A DNA stretch of 60,130 bases, filler included, from Nemertoderma westbladi (Eukaryota; Animalia; Xenacoelomorpha): the NCBI GenBank assembly GCA_032718475.1. It is 3 parts of 3 records of this genome, joined end to end, with 100 filler letters (N's around TTAATTAATTAA, not from the genome) between each part and the next. Parts side by side here need not be neighbours in the genome. Positions count along the whole stretch, not along the records: positions 44,503 to 60,130 come from JAUCBJ010008462.1; 2 more parts are not named here. One strand, 5' to 3'. Position numbers and translations under genes: made by a program. The notes under the pieces are model-generated. The model searched no databases and was not told the origin of the DNA. It worked only from the letters and a program-made list of their open reading frames with translations. Positions 51,016 through 60,130 of the stretch are shown here, piece after piece. How positions within the stretch are numbered: the stretch's first letter is position 1; each line of letters opens with the position of its first letter.

Positions 51016-51048
51016 TGGCCCATGTGAGGATCGAACCCACGACCTTCG
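51016..51048 (-). other. tRNA-like 3'-half fragment
   Basis: Minus strand gaaggtcgtgggttcgatcctcacatgggcca: T-arm/B box, no 5' half. Confidence 0.5.
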
Positions 51049-51885
51049 GTGAGATGCGAATTTTAGGCACAGAATATAACCATCTACCCCTAAGTGGGAC
51101 TTCATCCTTATACAGTAGGTGTAATTTAGTTGTGTGTGTATCTATAATGCATTGCTAATAAACATCCCTGCTTCCCTGTTCATAATTTTGAAAAATGGTA
51201 GCCCATCAGACAAGATGCTACTTACATGTCAAGCGCAAGATTGTACATAAGAGAAACGAGTTACTGAAGTTTGTGTGAGTACAGGCAGGTGTACCCACTA
51301 TGGGATGGGCGGAATGCCATCAGGAAATTTATTCTGCAGAAATACTCGTCACTCAATTTTAATCAATAGATCAGAAACCTGCAGAAGAAAAGAAATTCTT
51401 TACTGGACTTCTTCTTACTGTGTAGTATTACCGTAACACTCCAAATAAGTTACTCAAGTGCCTTTTGAAGTGTAGCAGCAGGTTGAACTACAGTATAAGC
51501 TCAAAATTATCAGTAAACATACTGTACTGTATATAAATTATTCATTGTACTAAATGAAATTATTAATTACAGTACATATCTCGTTATATTTGTATTATAC
51601 TCTACGCGCCAATGTGAAGAAAGCCAGGGTTTTACTTTTCACTTTAAATTTTATTGCAGTTTTTTTATATGAAGAATTTGTATTTATTTATCCTTATTAT
51701 GTGTTTTATAGCGCTTATCCCATCTTATACTAATTCGTTTATTGTTTTGGTTAGATTCAGCCCTTCGGTAAACTTTGTGTTTATATAAATCTGGTATTCT
51801 TCACATGGGGTTAAACTGCAAAGTGAAATATCATTACAATATTGTTTCACTAATTATTATATATACATGAGCCCGTCTAGCGGCT

Positions 51886-52136
51886 TTGCAGGACATTGCT
51901 TTCGCCGTGAGGACCAGCCAGTGCATAATCTTGTACTTTGGCAGCCTCATGGAGTGAATAAGCATGGTGGACAGCCCATGACTTTCTTGAGACGCATCTT
52001 AAACACTGGCCTTAAAGATGCGGATGATCTAGCAAATGTCATGGGTGATAGGGAGTTGTGGCGGTGCAATTTTGTTGACAAGCCGGCACAGCATTCTTAA
52101 AAATGCAGCTGCAATGCAGCATGCCGATCATAGTAG
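51886..52136 (+). mobile_element. Short 5'-truncated RTE copy
   Basis: FAGHCFRREDQPV..; TSD tagcggct at 51878 and 52137. Confidence 0.9.
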
Positions 52137-52279
52137 TAGCGGCTCTATCGGCCCATTTATTTGAAGAATACCAGACAATACAAAAATCTTCATATATAAA
52201 ATTCCTATAAAAGTCGACCGAAATGTCAATTCCTGGTATTTTTCACATGGGCGGCTCTATGTCCAATGTGCATCTGTAA

Positions 52280-53537
52280 AGGCCCGTTTCCGTGCTGCTT
52301 TTTTATGTGCTGTAATCTGAGCTTATTTGAACTGTTTTTTTCTAGCTTTTTTGAGCTTTTTTCAAGCTTGTTAGGCCCCCTCACACGGAGCAACATGTTT
52401 CTGAAACTTGTTGCTGGACCCCCTCACACACAGAAACTTGTTTCAGCAACTAGTTGCTGGACCCCCTCTCACACACAAACTTGTTGCTGAAGAAAATAAC
52501 AATTATTTCAAAATAAATAGCTAGCATGTCCAGCCATTTCTACAGTATATAATATTAAATCACTTAAATTATCGAATATTAGCTAAAATGGGATGTAATA
52601 AAAGTTTTAAAAAAGTTGCTGGGAATATAACTCCCAGCAACTTGTTGCTGGACCCCCTCACACACAGAAACAAGTTGCGGAAACAAGTTGCAGAAACTTG
52701 TGTCTGGAGTCCTCACACACTGAAACAAGTTTCGGAAACATAAGTAAGACAGGGCAATAACCATCAATATAATGTCTTTATTATTGTTATTTATAGATAG
52801 GCATAAAGTTATTGGAATATAAGCAATAATCTTATATATGTAATCCGGTTCATTACGGTCAGACGGTACCAACCTACCGGTACTGCAATATTACCCTAGG
52901 CTAATAAGTAGTTAATTATATATCTAAATATATTCAGTTTAAATTTACCGCCCTTTTATATTAAGGGGCTAGGCCCTATAATTGATCCTATACAAAGTCC
53001 TTTTTTTTTTTTTTTTAAATGAGTTAGTTACTGCCACCAAAGTGATGATAGTTTAAACGATTTGGTATCTTTCGTTCACGTTGTGGTGAATCCTTTTGTA
53101 CTTTCTGGTCCATTATCGTTGACTCTCCCTTCTCTCCAGGTAGTGGTATGGATGGAGATGTCTTTATATCATTTGGTGTTCTTAGGTCTTTCAGCACTTG
53201 TTTCTGTGTGTGAGGGGGTCCAGCAACAAGTTTCTGTGTGTGAGGGGGTCCAGCAACAAGTTTCAGAAACAAGTTGCAGCAACAAGTTGCTCCGTGTTAG
53301 GAGGGCCTTATGGTTTTTCTAACGTTCAGTTAAAATGAAGATATAATGTGAATGTTCTAGAATTAGATAATTATGATATTCGACCCAGAGTTTTTTTGAG
53401 ATTTTTTTGGAGCTATATTCTATATTTTAGGTTTTAACATTTCAAATTTCTCAGATTCATCTTGAAGCAATGAATTTCTAGAAATTGTTTTACTGTAACT
53501 AAAAAAACTTGAAATAAAGCAGCACGGAAACGGGCCT
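52280..53537. mobile_element. PIF/Harbinger-like MITE
   Basis: TIR aggcccgtttccgtgctgcttt; TAA TSD. Confidence 0.8.
52374..53307. mobile_element. Nested PIF/Harbinger-like MITE
   Basis: TIR ggccc..cacggagcaac; TTA TSD; subterminal acttgttgctggaccccctcacaca repeats. Confidence 0.8.
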
Positions 53538-54194
53538 TAATGCCATCCCATCACATAGGTTTGTTGGGAACGTTAGCTGTCCAACCTGTTTGCTTTTTTT
53601 TCTTTATAAATTAATAACTACCTCCAGGAAAATAACAATTCCAGAACATACTGTAGATAGTATAAGTTGAATACCGTAACATCCCAGTGGCTTATTAAAC
53701 TGTATGCGACAATATGATGTAGTTCTTACCGAAGTAGAATGTTATCATAATTGGCATTGCGGCCCTTCAACTTATTCATTTCATTGAGTAGCGCCTATAA
53801 CTCGCCTATAACTGCAAGGCAGACAACAGGAAATAATTAGGTTAAATGCAGGAAATTGGACAGCCTTTTATGGGAAATATATTCGTTCTACTGTGGGAAA
53901 CCAAATTGGTTCTATTAGGTTCTATGAATTTGAATCGTAGGCCTACTGAAGGCCTATCCCGTTTAAAATGCCAACTAACCTTGATACCAACTCCTGTACT
54001 AACATACTTTTGTTAAAAAGTGGCAAATTTTAATCCTAAGTTCTAATCCAAATTCTAATCCAAAGGGGGAAAATCTCTCGCTGTCGCCCTGGCAACAACA
54101 TCACCCGTGTCGTAAGTTTTTTTTTATGAACAATGACCTACAGTATAGTCATTCAAAACTGCTCATAATATTCAAAATACATATTATCCAGTGA

Positions 54195-54500
54195 CAATGT
54201 GCGGCGGGCCACGCAGTAAGGGCGAGCCTTAGCGCACAATTATAATTAGTAAATAGGGCAAATTTTAATGTTCGTCTGTCTGTCTGTCTGTCTATCCGTC
54301 TGTCTGTCTGTAATGAAAAATTCATTCGTAAATAACTTTTGAAGATTTTAACAATTTTCAACCAAATTAATTGTATGGGCATACTATAAATAGAGAAAAA
54401 TTTCAAATATTTGTGAAAGTTACGGGCAAATACCTCTCGAACTTTTGATTCCAGATAAAATCAAACTTGCTCAAGTTCGCGGCCCACGAACGTCTTTGGT
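54195..54500 (+). mobile_element. Helentron/DINE-1-like element
   Basis: GC-rich short inverted repeat followed by (gtct)n microsatellite; similar microsatellite at 42850-43050. Confidence 0.35.
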
Positions 54501-55356
54501 CAATGTTTCGTTTTTCTTCCATCTGTTAAAAGCCTACAATAAAGCTTACATTCTTTGAGATACATTTCACTTAAAGACAATCTGCGATATTTATTTAGAG
54601 ATAACAACAACAAACCTACCAGAACATTATTGAAGTTGAACCGATTTAATCAGATATATGAATAGGCCTACGTACTTTCATGTCCCGGATATTGTAACTG
54701 CCATAATACTGTACTAGCCAAGTAATTACTTTGTATCATATCCAGCATAATAAATTATTAATCCGGGCCTCCAACCAAGACATTTATCACCTGTTATTAT
54801 AACCGATCTGAACTACTGTACACTTAGCTTCCGTTTGGGGGTGTTACTGCATACTCATTCATAAATACTGTACCTAACACCGGAGAAAACATAACCAAAC
54901 GAATGAAATATTGGTACCTTATCAGCATTTTCCATTTTGTAATTGATGCGAAGAGTTTTTGGTAACGGTAGACCCATGTGAATTAGGGACCAGAATTTCT
55001 GTTGTTATATTTCACTTTGCAGTTTTCCCCCATGTTAAAAATACTAGGTTTTAGTAAAATAATAAATGATTCGTAGAAGTACAGGTTAGAATAAATACAG
55101 TAGAAAGAAGGGCTTAAAACACTTAAAGGCGGGGGGGGGGGGGGGGGGGGGGTACCAGCTCAGGAGATTTTTTTAAAGCAGCTCTAATATCAAATTTCAT
55201 TCAAATTACTACCGAAAAGTGAAAACCTGGTATTCTTCACATGGGCGTAAATGGGAATGAAATTCAGTATAATTTATGTAAGTAACATATAGGGGGACAC
55301 TTTACTTCATTTTATATTGTACTGTATCATGGAGGTTTGGGTACCGGTACCAGCTA

Positions 55357-55812
55357 CACTGACGGATTCTTCGCGAATTTCTCAAACGTCGCGAAATTCG
55401 TGAATTTCGCAAACGTCGTAAACATCGGACATTTTTTTACATTGTTGACTACAATGTACAATGCAAAAGTGTCCCAAATGAGTTTTTAACCTTTATCTTT
55501 TTTTTTATTTTTTTATTGATGAATGTTTTAGAACCTAAATAGATATTTTTTATTGGTAGCTAGTGCTTTGTATTAGCTAGTATTAAAAAAAAAATTAAGA
55601 TTGTTTTTGAGTGATTTTTTTTATATTAGAGAATATTCTAGAATCTTAGTAGAGTTTTTATGGCAGCTACTGTAGTATTTTTTACTAGTAATTTTTGAAA
55701 ATTATTTTGGTCATTCAAATATTCTGCAACACTTTATCCTGAAATATCAATCTTTCACATTTTTTATAACTTCAAAAAATACTTCTCGAAATTCGCGAAG
55801 AATCCGTCAGTT
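55357..55812. mobile_element. TIR element (CACT-start, EnSpm-like MITE)
   Basis: actgacggattcttcgcgaattt / aaattcgcgaagaatccgtcagt. Confidence 0.7.
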
Positions 55813-57902
55813 TCTGAGCCCTAAGCCCTACTCTCCAGCTAATCATATGATAAAACTTGTCACATGCTTAAAGAGAACAAAATACGGCCTTCTTAACATA
55901 ACACTTAATAATAGTAACAATCAATGGGCGAATTGAACGTTATTTACGAAATGGTAATAAAATTACAAGAAGTCTGGGATTCTAAATACCAGCTTTAAAT
56001 TACTGTAATTATTTATTGCTGTTTAGAATGCATTACCAGTAGGTACTGTAGGCCTGCAGCATTAGCAAGAAGAATTTTGTTTGTCAGATGGGAAAATTCT
56101 AATTGAAATCAATTTTCATATAGCCAAACTTTATTGATACAAAATGATGCCCTGGAGCCATAATTTTACAAAATTCCGCCTGTTTTTGTAAACAAAACTG
56201 GAATTGGCTGTAAGTTTCACAGACAAGATTTCAAGAAAGAGACATGCTAATAATTTGATAAATAGGAAGTGTTATAAACCCTTAGTAGCACGTGGCCTGG
56301 GGCTCTGTTGTAACGGTTTGAGGAATGTCTGTGGCCTAGCTCAGTAGCTAGAGATATAAACACAGGAGTACACATGGGGTGTAGCACAGTACATTACCAT
56401 AAAACAATTATAGTTCACGGCAATTTGAAGCAATTACTCACTTTATTTTATAAAACAATTTGCTATTTAAATGTCTATAAAACTGACCTATAGAGTTTAA
56501 AGTCTTAATAAAATAAAACATGCTTTATTACTTATATAAATTTAAACTATTTTTTTAAATATTATATAATGATTGTGAGAGGATGTGTTTACCTGTTTTC
56601 AGTAAATAATAGTCTGTCATATCAGCATATTGTTTAATACTCTAATACATTTTGTAATAAAAAATGTCTTTGAAAATAGTCAGTCATTTCTACCGGTAGG
56701 CTGGTAGGTACACTACCTAGAGGACCTGTATATCTGTATAAAGCCCTAACCTGCTAACTCGAACTGTTAAGTGGCTGTAAGCCTGGTGCGTTTATTGTGG
56801 ATGTGGTGGGATGTTGGCCTACTGTGTGAATATTACCAATTGGGGTGTCGTTCTATTTTAACATATTAACTTAATTAATTTCACGAATATTTTATTTTGA
56901 TATTCACCATTTACCGTGCATTTACGGTACATTTTCAAGGAAAGGAGTAGGTTATAATGGCAGGCTCTTCTAACCAAAACAATAAACTAAATTTAGGAAC
57001 ACAGTTTACAGTAACATTTTTACTTCTAGGCACTAATTTTTCAATATTTATTAGGTAAAGAATGAACAACATATGTATACCTAATCAGTCATTTTGTGTA
57101 CCGTTACACTGGTTAATTACAAAAAGTTTTAAAATTCAGGAATTGCTCGGATTGAATTGAAAATATGTCATTGGAGGTATATTCATATATTAAACTCTGT
57201 AAATATGTTTGTTTAAATGTTTGTTTAGAATTTGAGTGATATACATATTTAAATTTTTACCGTAAGTAAATTTTTTGATGAATTCGCCTTCGAATGAACT
57301 GTTGTACCGGTATTATGTTTTTCGTCTTTCTGTCCTGAAATTGAAGAACACATTGTATAATAGGTACCGGTATATGTTGATCTATCATTTCCATGAAAGA
57401 TGTTAAAACTATAGCTGAAGCGGGCTAGTCCTAATAAGCCGTAAAGTTATATAAGTTACTAAGTTTACCGGAGTCATAATTTTCGGCGTTAAAAACTGCG
57501 AATATTCGTTCTCCAATTTATCTGAGAACCAACCCATTGAATAATGAATATAATTCAGAAACCGACTGATGTTTTTTCAATAAGTTGATTGCAGTTACTG
57601 AGCTCTTTACTGTATAATATCTGAATATGTGCTGGTAAACTGAAACTGAATAATTGAAATTAGAAAAGCATGGTAGGCCTATATTTGAAACTCCCTCCAT
57701 TTAATTTATTCTGTTGTTTGCCATTGCCATTGGACATTATTGAAAAATTATACTGCAACTGGTGGGTCAGTCAGAGCACCTTATGGGGCAACAATAATGC
57801 AACACTGAAACATTGGAAATAGGGCAACTGCATTTATTATTTATTATCATTCATAAAAAATTTCAATTATTCAATGGGTTTATGAAAAATTTGATTTCTC
57901 GT

Positions 57903-58034
57903 GTGGGGGGGGGGGGGGCAACAGGGGATGAAGGGAAGGGGGCAACAGGGGATGAAGGGGGGGGGGGGCGCCAGGGGGTGGTGGGGCAACAGGGGGTTGT
58001 TGGGTGGTGGGGGGGGGGGGGGGGGGATGGGGGC
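57903..58034. repeat. G-rich low-complexity repeat
   Basis: ggggcaacaggggatgaagg units and G runs. Confidence 0.8.
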
Positions 58035-60130
58035 TAAAAGGTTGTTCATCACCGGGTGCCGAGAAACCACGCTACGTTTTTATTCGATGTTTTCAGAAAG
58101 ATTAATCAATTTGCGTAGAAACGTTTAATATCAATTTAAAAGATTAAATTTAATCAAGGTTAGGCTATTATTACTCATGAGTGTTTTGGTACATACAATG
58201 ACAGTACAGTGTGTTCTGTCCTGAAGGGAAGGCCTATTAGTGAATTTTAAAATGAGTTTTGACTTGAACTTTGCGGTCCATAGATGAATTCAATGGTTCA
58301 TTCAGTTCCGCTCATTTCAAAGTTCAGTTAAAAGGAAACACTAAAAGTCATTTTTTGTGAAAACAAAATATCAGTACTGTAGGCCCTATGTTTGCGTAAT
58401 GCCTTTATTTGTGTTTGAACTTGAATAAGTGATATATCTATCGAACTGTCGAACATTAAACATTAAAGTAGTCTAACAAAATTCATTTAAAAGCTTTCTA
58501 TTCACTATTTATGCGCAGTTAATTGTTAATTCAGCCTAATACAGTACTGCAGTGCAGTAGGCTCTTCATTTTACCTGTGTACCGGTATTGTAATAGAATA
58601 GCTAGCGAATACCAAACAACATCGGTAGATGGCGCACTGTTATAGATCTTCTGAAAATGACGGGGATTATTTTGGACGTAGCCAAGTTAAACGTGCATCT
58701 TATTCCAGGTACGGAGAAATAGACAAACGATTTGTGCATGCGGTTTGGGGCACCCATCCGCATACTGAATTATTGTTTAGTTTATTAATCAATCGACATT
58801 CAAGTTAATGAAATTGTCACATAGTGAATGTACCGGTAACACATATTAATTTATATCGAAAGCACCAAATGTTATTATTTGTAAGTATTTGCCGAGCGCC
58901 AGCTAATCCACCAATATAACGTTGGCCCTTACCAAAATTACCGTTAACAAAGCCAAAATTCACAATCGTATACCGTAGTTGATCTTGATAGTACGAAAAT
59001 ATATGGTACAGATGAAATACTAATACGTACATACGATAATATATACAATTTAAAGCGATATACATTGGGAGAGGAAGTTATTTACCAACATCAGTTTTTC
59101 TATGTATTTCAAGATGGTTATAATCTTTAACTTTCTAGAGTACAACAGAAGCTATGAGTAGTAGGAGAAGCATAGCCCTCCACCCACTCCTCCCTAGCCT
59201 GGGCTACGGGCCACATCTCGGAGGCAATTAAAAAATGCCAAATTCCGGTGCTAAATCGAGGTGTTTAATGACCATCTGTCACCATCAATATTGATTCGCC
59301 TCGTTACCTTCAACCAATCGCTGCCTATCACCTACGCGTAGCCTAACCTCACGATGCCCTCCTTACTCCTACAGCTGTTACCACCCGCGCGTATTGGTTC
59401 GTGTCGTTGCATCAACCAACCATAGCATATTCATCTTCGCGCGTACCCAAACCTCTCATCGTGTGGCTAGCCCCACACTACCCTATTATATCGATTCGAT
59501 CGCCAACTCTTCGACTGCTGTCGCCAATCCATTCAACCGAGCAACCTACCAATCCAGCAGTAGGATACGTGTTGAAATTCCGCCACGTTTCCAGCTACAC
59601 GTATACAAACATTTCCATAGTTATTTCCTATCCAACCAACCAACCACTGTATACTGTATATGCTGACAACGTGGCCACCAACTACATCAGATATTATATT
59701 GATTGCCAACTCCAGCACGGCTGTCACCAATCCACGTCCCGGCTACACGTATACAAACAACATTTGCATAGTAGTTACTCAACCTAACCAATCCCGCAGC
59801 ATCTGTGTCATATTGAAAGGCTACCACCACTAACATTATATACTGCACGTTTTTATTATAATAATTATTGATTATTACACACACACACAACCCTATGATT
59901 CATATTCTTTCACGTATTTCCTATTCAGGCAACCAACCATTCATCCACGTTGCACTCCATCTCTTTTCTTATTCGTCGATGATTATGACACGTACCATCT
60001 CTTCTTCGTTGACTATGCCACATCACAAATTTATATATATATAAGTGAATGTTTTTAATAAAATTCATCACTTCTAGTAATCTTCATGGTAATATATTGA
60101 TACCATATCTAATTTTTTTTTGTTCTCACT

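Noticed and set aside
57813-58128. Gly/Pro-rich ORFs
   Set aside because: Translation artefacts of a G-rich low-complexity tract

Overview
AT-rich animal (invertebrate-like) genomic DNA, mostly nested transposable elements, with two artificial 100-bp gap linkers (28472-28571, 44403-44502). The only host genes are two intronless MFS transporter paralogues (SLC18B1-like) on the minus strand; one is intact and one has a single premature stop. Elements include three BEL/Pao LTR-retrotransposon pieces, CR1- and L2/Crack-type LINEs, four RTE copies, a Deu/Nin-like SINE, Penelope-like remnants, and hAT, piggyBac, Harbinger, Helitron-like and other TIR elements. Most notable: (1) a tRNA-like Pol III head (A and B boxes) fused directly to a canonical minimal type I hammerhead ribozyme inside two nested inverted repeats (17134-17509); (2) two more families of minimal hammerhead motifs, two copies each; (3) a BEL/Pao-associated large non-env ORF with three zinc knuckles just upstream of the PPT/3' LTR. 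All calls are by eye; no searches or folding programs were run.
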